Assembly (NCBI GenBank): GCA_029553475.1
Contig: JAKPKV010000077.1
Coordinates: forward strand, 6,082 to 70,081
DNA from: Armatimonadota bacterium
GTDB lineage: Bacteria > Armatimonadota > Hebobacteria > CAIYQO01
DNA: 64,000 nt
Direction of reading: 5' to 3'
Shown: in pieces, positions 39,172 to 48,878 of the stretch
How the letters are laid out: each line of letters starts with the position of its first letter
Position numbering within the stretch: position 1 is the first letter of the stretch
Position numbers and translations under genes: made by a program
The notes under the pieces: generated by a model
Told to the model about the DNA's origin: nothing
Seen by the model: only the letters and a program-made list of their open reading frames with translations
Database searches by the model: none

Positions 39172-41145
39172 ATGTCAACGGCAGGCCGCTGGTATGCCTA
39201 CCTCATCAGCCTCATCAGCCTGCAAGCCGTCGTCTGGGCGCTGATCGCGCTGGGGCGGTTGCTGCTCGCGGCGGGCGCCGTCGGGGATACCGGCGATGCG
39301 CTGGCACGGAACGTGGCGATTGTCGTCATCGCCCTGCCCATCTACCTGGGCCATTGGCGCTGGGTGCGCCGGCAGATGGATGAGCGCGCCACCCTCGTCG
39401 GGCGCCTGTATCTCTACGTCGTCTCGGGCGCGCTGCTCGTCCCCATGCTCGCCAACGCCTACGATCTGCTGGCCGGCCTGCTGGCGTTGCCCTTCCCCGA
39501 CGCGCCGCATTGGCGCGGAGCGGCCGGGGACACGGGGGTCTTCCAGACGTCGCTCCTGCACGCGCTGGTGGCCCTCCTCGTGCTCGGCAGCGTCTGGACG
39601 TATCACTGCCTGCTGCTGGCGGGCGACGCGCGGGCGGTGCCTGATGCCGACGCCGCCGCGGTCATCCGCCGCCTGTACCTGCTGCTCTTTTGCGCCATCG
39701 GCCTGACGATGGCGATTTTTGCGCTGATTGGCCTGCTGACGTGGCTGCTGGCGCAATTCCCGCTGACCACGCCGGCGATCCGCGCCCCGGCGGGCTGGAC
39801 CGACAACCTCGCGCTGCTGCTGGTCGGCGGCGCGCTGTTCCGGCTCTGCTGGGGGCAGGCGCAGCGGCTTTTTACCTCCGGGCAGGAAGGCGAAGAGCAG
39901 TCGCTGACGCGCAAGCTCTACCTGTATGCCGTCCTCTTCATCAGCGCGCTCGCCACCGTCACCGGCCTCACCATCTTCCTCGCCGAGGTGCTGCGGCGCG
40001 GCTTCGGCCTGCCGCCCGATACCGACCTGCGCCGGCCGTTCGCCGCCATCCTCGTGCTGGCGGCCGTGTGGGGCTTCCACGCGGTGGTGCTGCGCGAAGA
40101 CGCCCGGCAGGCGGATGAAGCGCCCCGGCAGGCGCAGATCCGCCGGCTCTACTGGTATCTGATGGCGGCCATCGGCCTGTCGGCGTTCCTCATCGGCCTG
40201 GCCGGGGTCATCGGGCACCTTATCACCCTGCTTGCCGACGGCGGCTTCGGCGACGCGCTGTTTGCGCAGCTCGCCTGGAGCATCGCCGCCCTGCTGGTCG
40301 GCCTCCCGGTCTGGATCGTGCCCTGGCGGGCGGCGCAGCGCGCGGCTGACGCGGAGACCGCCGCCGGCGAAGGGGAACGCGCGTCGCTGGTGCGGCGCGT
40401 CTACCTGTATTTCTTCCTCTTCGTGGCCGCCGTCACCGTGCTCGCCAGCCTGGTGACCGTGGTGTATCGCCTCCTCACGCTGGGCCTCGGCGGCGGCGAG
40501 ACGCATCTGGTCAGCACGCTGGCGTCGGCGGTGGCCAATACGCTCATCGGGATCGGCGTGTGGGTCTACCACCTGGCCAGCGTGCGCGCCGATGCGCGGA
40601 CCAGCGCCCGGGAGAACGCGGCGCGCGGGATCACCGTCCGCATCGTGATCCTCGACGCCGGCGACGGGCACTTCGGGCGCGCGGCGCTGGAGCGGCTGCG
40701 GCGCGAGCTGCCGGACGCCGCGCTGCTGCCGGTCGGCCTCACCCCGGCGGCGGCCGGGATGCTGGGGGCGGGACCGGAGGCGCTGCCGGACGCGCTGGCG
40801 GGCGCCACCCTCATCATCGCCCCCTGGTATGTCGTCTCCCCGGACGCCGCGGCGGGCGCGGTGACGCCGGACATTGCCCGCGCGGTCGCGGCCAGCCCGG
40901 CGCAGAAACTGCTGGTGCCGCTGCCGGCGCCGGCCTACGCCTGGGTCGGTCTGGCACGCTGGGATCTCGAACTGATCCTGCGCCAGCTCGCGCAGGCCGC
41001 CCGCGCCGTCCGCGATGGCCGCCCGATCAGCTACACGTATCCCATGAGCGGCTGCGCCGTCATCGGCATCATCATCGCCATCCTGCTGCTCCTGCTGCTG
41101 CTCGCCATCCCGGTGGTGGCGTATTTCCTCTTCACGGCACGCTAG
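39172..41145 (+). CDS. Multi-pass membrane protein (DUF5671-like repeats)
   Basis: Repeated 'RRLYLY' units followed by TM pairs ending in 'W.YH'. Confidence 0.75.
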   Translation: MSTAGRWYAYLISLISLQAVVWALIALGRLLLAAGAVGDTGDALARNVAIVVIALPIYLGHWRWVRRQMDERATLVGRLYLYVVSGALLVPMLANAYDLLAGLLALPFPDAPHWRGAAGDTGVFQTSLLHALVALLVLGSVWTYHCLLLAGDARAVPDADAAAVIRRLYLLLFCAIGLTMAIFALIGLLTWLLAQFPLTTPAIRAPAGWTDNLALLLVGGALFRLCWGQAQRLFTSGQEGEEQSLTRKLYLYAVLFISALATVTGLTIFLAEVLRRGFGLPPDTDLRRPFAAILVLAAVWGFHAVVLREDARQADEAPRQAQIRRLYWYLMAAIGLSAFLIGLAGVIGHLITLLADGGFGDALFAQLAWSIAALLVGLPVWIVPWRAAQRAADAETAAGEGERASLVRRVYLYFFLFVAAVTVLASLVTVVYRLLTLGLGGGETHLVSTLASAVANTLIGIGVWVYHLASVRADARTSARENAARGITVRIVILDAGDGHFGRAALERLRRELPDAALLPVGLTPAAAGMLGAGPEALPDALAGATLIIAPWYVVSPDAAAGAVTPDIARAVAASPAQKLLVPLPAPAYAWVGLARWDLELILRQLAQAARAVRDGRPISYTYPMSGCAVIGIIIAILLLLLLLAIPVVAYFLFTAR

Positions 41146-41304
41146 CGATCAGCTCCCCCATGCGGCCGTCCACCATGACGCGGCGCGCCAGGGGAGAATT
41201 CCTGCCGTTTCCCATCGAAATTGTCGCCGAATCTGACGCCGAAAGTATGGCTTGCGCCGGCGCGAAAACGCGGTATAATATCACTGAAGAACAGGGGGGC
41301 CGAA

Positions 41305-41472
41305 ATGGATGGATTTGGCGCGGTCATGCAGATCATCCTGTTGGGAGCGGTATGGGGACATCTCGTACTGGCGCTGCTGGTGTTCGGCTTCATGGCGAGC
41401 GCGCTCGCCACCCAGGCCGTGATCGGACTGATCACGCTCCTGCGGAAACATCCGCGCTCGGCCCGCGCATGA
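41305..41472 (+). CDS. Small hydrophobic protein (55 aa)
   Basis: Preceded by TTGCGC-N16-TATAAT (41252-41279) and a G-rich RBS. Confidence 0.45.
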   Translation: MDGFGAVMQIILLGAVWGHLVLALLVFGFMASALATQAVIGLITLLRKHPRSARA

Positions 41473-42014
41473 CATTCCCCCGCCGCCAGGATGGCCAGCC
41501 CCGATGGCGTCGCAAAAGAATGCGGCCATCGGGACGCCGAGCCAGGCCGGAAGCCCCCAGCAGGCCCGCGCCGAGACTTTTTGTACAGTTTCTCAAAAGA
41601 TCCATGAGACGATTTCGGTGCATTGTTTGCGATATATTCCGTGTTTTTCCATCTATTTACGTATGAGATAAGAAAACGAAATTGCTCCCCGACAGGCCCC
41701 CTGACCTTCCGCGCCGCGACCCCCGCGCCCCCTGCCCCGCGCGCCTCCTCGTCGGCCGTACACTTCCGGTCGAAAATCACCCTTGTCCACAATAGGAAGC
41801 CACCCCTCCGCGTTCCACACTCGTCCCCTCTCCCGGCCAGGATGGCGGCGGGAGGAGGGGTGAGACCCCGGCAGCGTCGGAGCAGACGGCAACGCCCCTG
41901 CCCCTGCTCGCTGAACGGGAAATGCGGCGTATTGCAGACAGATGTGGTCGAAAATACCCGGCGCCGGCGCGGCATTGGCACAACGCGCGGCCGGGCTACC
42001 GCCCGGTCTGGCCA

Positions 42015-42806
42015 TCATCGCGCCAGCACCCGCGGCTTTGGCGACTTGCGCACGGGCTTGAAGAAGCGGATGTCGGCGGGGTTCACGCCGCTGTCGGCGA
42101 CGACGCGCGCGAAGTAGGCGTGTCCGGCAAGCTCGGCGCGGGCGTGCGCATCGAGCCCGGTGGCGACGCGGCAGCCCATGCGGACGGCATGCGCGAGCAT
42201 GCGCGCGTCGTCGCCGCAGGGCAGGTGGGCGTTCACTTCGATGGCCACGTCGGCGTCGTGGGCCAGCTTCAGCGTCTCGACGATGATCTCCTCTGGCACC
42301 GGACCGGCCTTCGCCAGTTCGCGGAAGGGATGGCCGAGGATGTCAATGGGGTAGGCGAGCAGCGTCGCGAGCTGCATGATGTGGGCGTCCGGCCATGTCT
42401 CGCGCGCGCCGGGCAGGTAGTGGATGGAGCCGATGACGACATCCAGATACGGCCAGAGCTGCGGCTCCATGCTCAACGTGCCGTCCCAGGCCACCTCCAC
42501 TTCCAGACCGCGGTAGAGGCGCTTGCCGTCGCAGGCGGCGGCGGTGCGCTCCAGGAACCGCTCGGTTTTCTCCTCGCGGAAGGCGCGATACGCCCACAGC
42601 CGCTCCGGCTCCTCATACCACTGGTGCGGCCACGGTCTTTCCTCGGCGGGGATCGCCAGCGCGAACGCGTGCTCGGTGAGCGCGAAGGCCTGCCAGGGGC
42701 CGTGGCGCAGCGCCTTGCGGTAGACGTCGGGGGTCAACTCCGGCTCGGCACAATACGAAAAACGCGCCCCATCACCGGTATGGTTGTGCCAACTGCTCCA
42801 GAGCAT
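42015..42806 (-). CDS. PHP domain (histidinol-phosphatase-like) protein
   Basis: 'WHNHT', 'LTEH', 'GLEVE', 'IGSIH', 'ILGHP', 'IEVN' and 'GLDAH'. Confidence 0.85.
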   Translation of the reverse strand: MLWSSWHNHTGDGARFSYCAEPELTPDVYRKALRHGPWQAFALTEHAFALAIPAEERPWPHQWYEEPERLWAYRAFREEKTERFLERTAAACDGKRLYRGLEVEVAWDGTLSMEPQLWPYLDVVIGSIHYLPGARETWPDAHIMQLATLLAYPIDILGHPFRELAKAGPVPEEIIVETLKLAHDADVAIEVNAHLPCGDDARMLAHAVRMGCRVATGLDAHARAELAGHAYFARVVADSGVNPADIRFFKPVRKSPKPRVLAR

Positions 42807-42925
42807 ACGCGACAGCCTACCATATTTCCGGGCTGATTGTGAAGCACGGGACGCCGGTCAGCCCGGGGCGGCAGGCTCCGGGCGCGTACCGCGTCGGCAT
42901 CGGCCGCGCCCACGCGGACGTGAGT

Positions 42926-42952
42926 TCGTGCGGAGTGCAACTCCGCGGCCCC
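42926..42952 (+). repeat. Single REP-like copy (TCGTGCGGAGTGCAACTCCGCGGCCCC)
   Basis: Matches 35132-35160 and 6059-6084. Confidence 0.85.
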
Positions 42953-42975
42953 AAGATGAAGGGGGGCCTCCGCCG

Positions 42976-43923
42976 TCACGCGGACAAATCCAGCACCCGC
43001 GGCTCCCACCCAAGCCGCTCCAGCATGCGCTGATAATCCTCCGGCGTCATGGCCTCCGGGCGCGTGCCGGCGAGGGCGATGATGACGCCTTCCATCACGT
43101 TCGTGCCGAAGCTGCGGCCCGCGAATTCCGGCGTGGTGCTGACCAGCCGCGCCGCGCCGCGCGCGCGCAGCAGCGCCAGGTCGCCGTCGGTGGTGGTATT
43201 GGTGATGATGACCTTGCCGTCCAGCCGCGCGGGCATGTAGCGGCGGATGAAGTGAAAATCGCCGGCGATGATGTCGGCCGCGGTGAAGTAGCGGCCATAT
43301 TTGGCCACCGTTTCATCCTGCTTCGTCCCGGTGGGGTAGATCATCGAGAAGGGCAGCCGGCAGATGAGGGGCAGCAACAGGCGCGCCAGCGTGCGGAGGC
43401 CGCGCAGCGTGGTGATGGGGAGGGGGATGCCGAGGGCGAAGATGAGATCGCCGAACAGCGTTCGCGCGCCGAGCGCGGGCAGCGTCTCCGCCAGGCCGAA
43501 ACGGTCCACCCCGCTCACCAGCAGTACGCGCTTGCCGGCGAAATCCACCACCCCGCGCTCCTGCAGCCACTCCACCGTGCGGCGCTCCAGCGTGTGTTTC
43601 AAGCCGCTGCCGTCCACCACCGGGGTGATGCGCGCCGCCCGCGCCAGCTTGAGGGCATCGCGGATGATGTATTTACGCCCGTCGGCGACCAGATAGAGAT
43701 CAATGCCCCCCAGCCCGATGGCGTCCACCTGCCCGTCCAACGCGCGGATGAGGCGGATCGCCTTCGCGAAGTCGTCGTCCGTGCCGCGCCGCTCGATGGT
43801 CACCTCGCGGCCCAGAAACGTCGCGGTGACGACCTTATCGCGCGATGAGGCGCCGAGACTGATGGAGACGACGCGCAGCGGGCGGGTAGCGGTCATGGCA
43901 GTATACCTGTTCCCGTCAGTCAT
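42976..43923 (-). CDS. Conserved hypothetical protein (family often labelled quinate 5-dehydrogenase)
   Basis: 'VVSISLGASSRD', 'DAIGLGGIDLYL', 'TPVVDGSGLK.TLER' and 'GRSFGTNVME'. Confidence 0.75.
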   Translation of the reverse strand: MTDGNRYTAMTATRPLRVVSISLGASSRDKVVTATFLGREVTIERRGTDDDFAKAIRLIRALDGQVDAIGLGGIDLYLVADGRKYIIRDALKLARAARITPVVDGSGLKHTLERRTVEWLQERGVVDFAGKRVLLVSGVDRFGLAETLPALGARTLFGDLIFALGIPLPITTLRGLRTLARLLLPLICRLPFSMIYPTGTKQDETVAKYGRYFTAADIIAGDFHFIRRYMPARLDGKVIITNTTTDGDLALLRARGAARLVSTTPEFAGRSFGTNVMEGVIIALAGTRPEAMTPEDYQRMLERLGWEPRVLDLSA

Positions 43924-44485
43924 TCGCCTTCATCGCCCACAATCCCTCCAGCGCGCTCTCTTCGGCGGGGCCGAGGAAGAATACGTAGCCGGCATCGTAG
44001 ATGCGGTCGAATTCCTCCGAGTTCCGGCGCAGCAGGCTGGCCATCTTGTGCTCGCCGAAGGCCTGAAACGTGGCGACAAACAGCGCCGCCGCCGCCTGCG
44101 CGAACTCCAGGTGCAGTGCGCGATATTCCGGCGGCGCCGACTCCAAATGCTCGATGGCCTGCTCGCTCAGCCCCAGCCGCTCCTCCATCTCCGCGAAGCG
44201 GCTCTGGTACTGCGCCTGCAGCAGCGCCGCCGCGCGGTCGTTGGCGATGGTCTCCACCGCCCAGGCGATGAGGAAGAAGGTGGCTTCGTTCGGCAGCAGG
44301 CCCGCCCGGCGAATTTCCTGGTACAGCGCCACCCGTTCCTCCGCCGGCGTGTCCGGCGTCAGCCGATGCGCCGGCTCCTCCCAGCTCGTGCCGATGAGCT
44401 GATCGCGCAGCGCATCGTCCAGGTCGGCGGCGAAGTCGTATGCGTTATCGAGATCGTACTCGTCATCGTGAAATTCGTAAGTCAT
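43916..44485 (-). CDS. Hypothetical acidic protein
   Basis: GAGGGG RBS, typical codon usage and an overlap with the next gene. Confidence 0.7.
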   Translation of the reverse strand: MTYEFHDDEYDLDNAYDFAADLDDALRDQLIGTSWEEPAHRLTPDTPAEERVALYQEIRRAGLLPNEATFFLIAWAVETIANDRAAALLQAQYQSRFAEMEERLGLSEQAIEHLESAPPEYRALHLEFAQAAAALFVATFQAFGEHKMASLLRRNSEEFDRIYDAGYVFFLGPAEESALEGLWAMKAND

Positions 44486-44536
44486 CGTTCGTCCCCTCTT
44501 CAGTATGGGCCGGCGAACGTCCTCGCCCGCCCGCGT

Positions 44537-45556
44537 TCAGTCGCCCGGCGCCGCCAGCATCCCCGCCGCCAGCGCCTCATCCCGCTCCACCCGGCGCAGC
44601 AGCGCGACGACGTCCTCCCAGCGGGTGAGGCGCATCACCTCTTCGCGAAAATGCGCGGCGCCGTAAAAGCCTTTCATGTACCAGGAGATATGCTTGCGCA
44701 TCTCCCGCACGCCCACGCGAGGCCCTTTGTCCGCGATGAGCAGCTCGCCGTGCTCGATGGCCATCGCCACGCGTGCGCGCATCGTCGGGCCGGGCAGCAT
44801 CTCGCCCGTGCGCAGGTACTGGTCCACCTCGCCGAAGAGCCACGGGTTGCCCTGCGCGGCGCGGCCGATCATCACCGCGTCGCAGCCCGTCTCCTCAAAC
44901 ATGCGGCGGGCGTCGGCGCCGGTGCGCACGTCGCCGTTGCCGATCACCGGGATGGACACCGCCGCCTTCACCCGACGGATGACCGCCCAGTCCGCGTGCC
45001 CGGCGTTGTGATGCCCTTTCCCCGGCCGCGGGTGCACGGCGATGCCCGCCAGCCCCTCGTCCTCGGCCACGCGCGCCACGTCCAGCGCGGTCGGACCGTC
45101 CGGCGACCAGCAGGCGCGCACCTTCACCGTGACGGGCAGGTGGGTGGCGCTCTTCACGGCGCGGAAGGTCGCGCGCACCAGCGCCAGGTCGCGCATCATC
45201 GCCGCCCCCGCGCCCAGCTTCGTCACCTTCGGCACTCCGCAGCCCATGTTGATGTCAATGATGTCCGGCCCCAGCGGGGTGATCAGCTCCGCCGCCTTCG
45301 CCAGGTGCTCGGGGTACTGCCCGAAAATCTGCACCGTCACCGGGTGCTCGCCGGAGTCCACCAGCACCATCGTCCGGGTGCGGGCGTTGTGATACACCAG
45401 CGCGTTGGAGGAGACGAACTCGGAGACCACCATCCCCGCCCCGTGCCGGCGGCAGAGGATGCGGAAGGCGCGATGCGTCACCCCCGCCATCGGCGCCAGC
45501 ACCAGCGCGGGCGAGAAACGGATATCGGCAATCGTGCACGTCGTCGGAATCGTCAT
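44537..45556 (-). CDS. dusB: tRNA-dihydrouridine synthase B
   Basis: 'LAPMAGVT', 'VQIFG', 'IDINMGC', 'PVTVKVR', 'PVIGNGDV' and 'VMIGRAAQGNPW'. Confidence 0.92.
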   Translation of the reverse strand: MTIPTTCTIADIRFSPALVLAPMAGVTHRAFRILCRRHGAGMVVSEFVSSNALVYHNARTRTMVLVDSGEHPVTVQIFGQYPEHLAKAAELITPLGPDIIDINMGCGVPKVTKLGAGAAMMRDLALVRATFRAVKSATHLPVTVKVRACWSPDGPTALDVARVAEDEGLAGIAVHPRPGKGHHNAGHADWAVIRRVKAAVSIPVIGNGDVRTGADARRMFEETGCDAVMIGRAAQGNPWLFGEVDQYLRTGEMLPGPTMRARVAMAIEHGELLIADKGPRVGVREMRKHISWYMKGFYGAAHFREEVMRLTRWEDVVALLRRVERDEALAAGMLAAPGD

Positions 45557-45657
45557 CGCAGCGGAGTATTATAGCACAACGTGTTTTCAAGTTGCAGTGT
45601 CTCAGGCAAGGCGGAGTGAAGACGGGCGGGTGATCCCGATGCCATCGGGACGACTCC

Positions 45658-45790
45658 GGGCGGGCGAGCGTCCCCGCGAGCCGACTCCGGGGGGAAGTCG
45701 TATCCGTCGTGCTCGCGAGACAGCCTATCTTACCGAACACGACTTCCATCACTTCCCCCGGCGTCGGCTCGCGGGGACGCTCGCCCGCCC
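45658..45790. repeat. Foldback repeat of the GGGCGGGCGAGCGTCC family (inverted homolog of 15929-16065)
   Basis: Arms and spacer are both homologous. Confidence 0.9.
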
Positions 45791-45797
45791 AGGCGCC

Positions 45798-46220
45798 TCA
45801 CAGCCGCTTGGAAAAGGTCAACCGCTTCTTATCGTGATCCCGCGTCGCGGAGATGCGCAGGCGGGTGGCGGCGCCGCTGTGCGGGTTGTACTCCGTGGTC
45901 CGGTCGGCGGCGCTGCGGAAATCGGCGAGGGGGATGGTGTATTTTTCATAGCCGGTGACCGCCGGCTGGGTGTAGACGTAGACGGCGCCGCCGCGGGTGC
46001 GCAGCTCCAGGCGCAGGTCGGACAGGGTGGTGTCCGCGCCGTAGCCGAATTCCAGGGTATCGTCCACGATGTGCGCCTGCCAGACCCGGTTCAGCATTTC
46101 CATGCGGCTGAACACGAGGATGCCGACGAGGGCACAGACCATGACGGCGGCGGAGATGATCGCCTGGCGGCGCTTCGCCGGGGTCAGCGGCTCGCGTTCG
46201 GGAAAATCAGGGTCCACCAC
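45798..46220 (-). CDS. Hypothetical membrane-anchored protein
   Basis: One TM segment; overlaps the upstream gene. Confidence 0.65.
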   Translation of the reverse strand: MVDPDFPEREPLTPAKRRQAIISAAVMVCALVGILVFSRMEMLNRVWQAHIVDDTLEFGYGADTTLSDLRLELRTRGGAVYVYTQPAVTGYEKYTIPLADFRSAADRTTEYNPHSGAATRLRISATRDHDKKRLTFSKRL

Positions 46221-47082
46221 GGGGCGCTCCTTCCTGGACGGGGGCGGGCTCGCCGGGCCGCGCGACCTTCATCCCCACGAAGCGCGGGGGGAGGCCGCGC
46301 ACGTAGCGCTCTAGCGGCGCCGTCACCACGCGTCCCTCCGCGCTGCCGGCGTGCTGAAGTTGGAGGACGCCGTTTTTCACCCGCAGCAGGCCGACGTGGC
46401 CGGCGATGATGCCGGGGGTGCTGATGACGAAGATCGCGATGTCCCCTTCCTTCATGCGTTGCACCGCCGCGCCTACGGCGTCACGCGGGATGTAGGGCGT
46501 CGCCGCCTGCTCGTCCGGCAGGTCGGTGTTGACGCCTTTGCCGGCGAAGAACGCCTTGCGCGCGATCGTCTTCTCCATCGTCTTCACCGCCTCGCCGCCC
46601 ACCTCGGCGGTGACGTCGCGCACGCACCAGGCATTCGCCGGCAGCCAGTCGGAGACGAAGAAGTGGTTCCGCGCGCGGAAATCCACCGCGCCGTCTTTGT
46701 AGCGGATGCGGCGCAGCGTCTCCGCGAACCCCGCCTGGTCTTTCGCCAGCGCCAGCGCGAGCGTCTGCTCCACATAGGTGACGCAGTCCACGCGGCCGAA
46801 ATCGCAGAGCGGGTCGCCATCCGGCACCGCCCCCGGCCCTTCGCCCAGCGGGTCGGCGGCGTAGACGGCATCCACCGCCGCCAGGTCCGCCCAGATGGCG
46901 ATCCGCTGGCCCAACGGCGCCGCCCCCACGGTGGTGAACAGCCCCTCCCACTGCTTCGCGGTGAACGCGGCGGGGTTCGTCCGCGGCCCGCCCCCGGCGG
47001 CGATGGCGCCGCCCGCGAGCAGACACGGCAACAGTATGACGAGATAGCGATGGAGGGTCTGCATGGTTTCTGCCTTTAGCAT
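46207..47082 (-). CDS. N-acetylmuramoyl-L-alanine amidase-like protein (DUF1460, NlpC/P60 fold); alternative start at 47064
   Basis: Signal peptide, 'DPLGEG', 'VDCVTYVE', 'RY..G.V....RNHF..DW' and 'HVG...H'. Confidence 0.82.
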   Translation of the reverse strand: MLKAETMQTLHRYLVILLPCLLAGGAIAAGGGPRTNPAAFTAKQWEGLFTTVGAAPLGQRIAIWADLAAVDAVYAADPLGEGPGAVPDGDPLCDFGRVDCVTYVEQTLALALAKDQAGFAETLRRIRYKDGAVDFRARNHFFVSDWLPANAWCVRDVTAEVGGEAVKTMEKTIARKAFFAGKGVNTDLPDEQAATPYIPRDAVGAAVQRMKEGDIAIFVISTPGIIAGHVGLLRVKNGVLQLQHAGSAEGRVVTAPLERYVRGLPPRFVGMKVARPGEPAPVQEGAPRGGP

Positions 47083-47274
47083 ACTCTATCCGGGATGAAG
47101 AGGGAATATGCCTTCAGCGTCCCGCGCGGGTGACGGAAAACCGGACAACTCCGTTCGTGGCCTCGTAGGAGAAGGTGCCGGCATATTTTTCGGCCACGCG
47201 CAGGAGCGGCGGGGGCGAAATCACGTACCAGCGATAGGGTGTTCGCTTTGGTGGGCTGTTCATCGGTCGGCTTC

Positions 47275-47381
47275 CGTCCCCCGGATGCACATCCGGGGCT
47301 AGAGCCACGGCGTCCACCTCCGTGGACTGGCCGGAGCGGGCCGACGGACCGGATACCGAGCAACGCGGGAGTCATGTGGCA
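47275..47381. repeat. 107-bp two-hairpin dispersed repeat, copy 2 (inverted)
   Basis: Reverse complement of 16123-16229 at about 89% identity. Confidence 0.88.
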
Positions 47382-47659
47382 AAGAGTATGCATCGGGATC
47401 ACCGCATGACCCTCCGGACGAGAGTACGATACACAACTCCTCTGCGCGCTCCGCGACCTCCGCGGTGAACAACAAAAGGCGCACCGCGTCATTCCTTCGG
47501 CGACAGACCCAGTATACCACAGTCAGCTAGAGGCTCAACGCGGCCTGACGACGAATGCATCGCCGCTCCTGGCAGGAACCCTCCCGCCGCGCGTGCAATT
47601 AAGAAACTGTTTCAGAAGTCTGCGCCGCCGTCGGGCGGGGGCGGGGAAAGGTCGGACGC

Positions 47660-48700
47660 ATGACGGAGCAGCCATCGTATACCTATCGCGACGCGGGCGT
47701 GGATATTGACGCCGGGGAAGAGGCCGTGCGCTTGATGAAGGCGCACGTGCGCGCCACCTTCACGCCGTCGGTGCTGGCGGAGCTGGGCACCTTCGGGGCG
47801 ATGTTCGCGCCGGATTTGACCGGGTACAGCGCGCCGGTGCTGGTGAGCAGCGCGGACGGCGTGGGCACCAAGCTGAAGGTCGCCTTCCTCGCCGACCGCC
47901 ACACCACCGTCGGGCAGGACCTGGTGAACCACTGCGTGAACGACATCCTGGCGCAGGGGGCGCGGGCGCTGTTCTTCATGGATTACTACGCCACCGGCCG
48001 GCTGGACCCGCCGGTCGCCGCGCAGGTGGTGCAGGGGCTGGCCATCGCCTGCCGGGAAAACGGCTGCGCGCTCATCGGCGGAGAGACGGCGGAGATGCCG
48101 GACATGTATACCCCCGGCGAATATGATCTGGCCGGCTTCATCGTCGGGCTGGTGGACCGCGACCGCGTGGTCACCGGCGCGGAGATCGCCCCCGGCGATG
48201 CCGTCATCGGCCTCGCCTCCAACGGCCTGCACACCAACGGCTACTCGCTGGCGCGGACGCTGGTCTTCACCGTGGCGGGGCTGACGGTGGCCGACATGCT
48301 CCCCTGGGGCGTCAGCGTCGCGGACGAGCTGCTGCGCGTCCACCGCGCCTACGCCCCCGCCGTGCATCCGCTGCTGGCGGACGGCCTGATACGAGGGATG
48401 GCGCACATCACCGGCGGCGGCCTGCCCGGCAACCTGGTGCGCAGCCTGCCCGCCGGCCGGCGCGCCGTGCTCGACGCCGCGAGTTGGAGCGGCCAGCCGA
48501 TCTTCGACTTCCTGATCCGGACCGGCAACGTCCCCCGCGCCGACGCCTACCGCGCCTTCAACATGGGGGTGGGCTTCACCCTGGTCGTCCGCGCCGCTGA
48601 CGCGGAGACCGTGCTGACCCGCCTGCGCGCGAGCGGCGAAACCGCCTGGCGCATCGGGGAGGTCGTCGCCGGCGCACGCGGCGTGGAAATCCGGGCGTGA
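47660..48700 (+). CDS. purM: Phosphoribosylformylglycinamidine cyclo-ligase
   Basis: 'Y..AGVDI', 'DGVGTK', 'GGETAEMP', 'GLHTNGYSL', 'HITGGG' and 'FNMGVG'. Confidence 0.97.
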   Translation: MTEQPSYTYRDAGVDIDAGEEAVRLMKAHVRATFTPSVLAELGTFGAMFAPDLTGYSAPVLVSSADGVGTKLKVAFLADRHTTVGQDLVNHCVNDILAQGARALFFMDYYATGRLDPPVAAQVVQGLAIACRENGCALIGGETAEMPDMYTPGEYDLAGFIVGLVDRDRVVTGAEIAPGDAVIGLASNGLHTNGYSLARTLVFTVAGLTVADMLPWGVSVADELLRVHRAYAPAVHPLLADGLIRGMAHITGGGLPGNLVRSLPAGRRAVLDAASWSGQPIFDFLIRTGNVPRADAYRAFNMGVGFTLVVRAADAETVLTRLRASGETAWRIGEVVAGARGVEIRA

Positions 48701-48878
48701 AGGGTTCATCTCGGGGGCACGCCCTCCCGTCCGTCGTGCGGCACGCATGGGGGGCAGTCTCCCCCGTTTCGCAAACGCGACCGGGTGGAAACGCGGGCGG
48801 GATGGACCCAACCGGAGCAGTCGTCGTTTCACGGGCCGCCGATCACGGTAGAATTTCTGGCGAACGGAGAGTCGTCGT

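Noticed and set aside
44453-44469. 17-mer identical to the hexamer tract at 14902-14918
   Set aside because: It lies within a CDS encoding acidic residues (DDEYD), so chance similarity is sufficient.
47500-47659. ZTP or purine riboswitch upstream of purM
   Set aside because: I could not find the conserved ZTP or purine aptamer motifs; the region is explained by repeats and a promoter.
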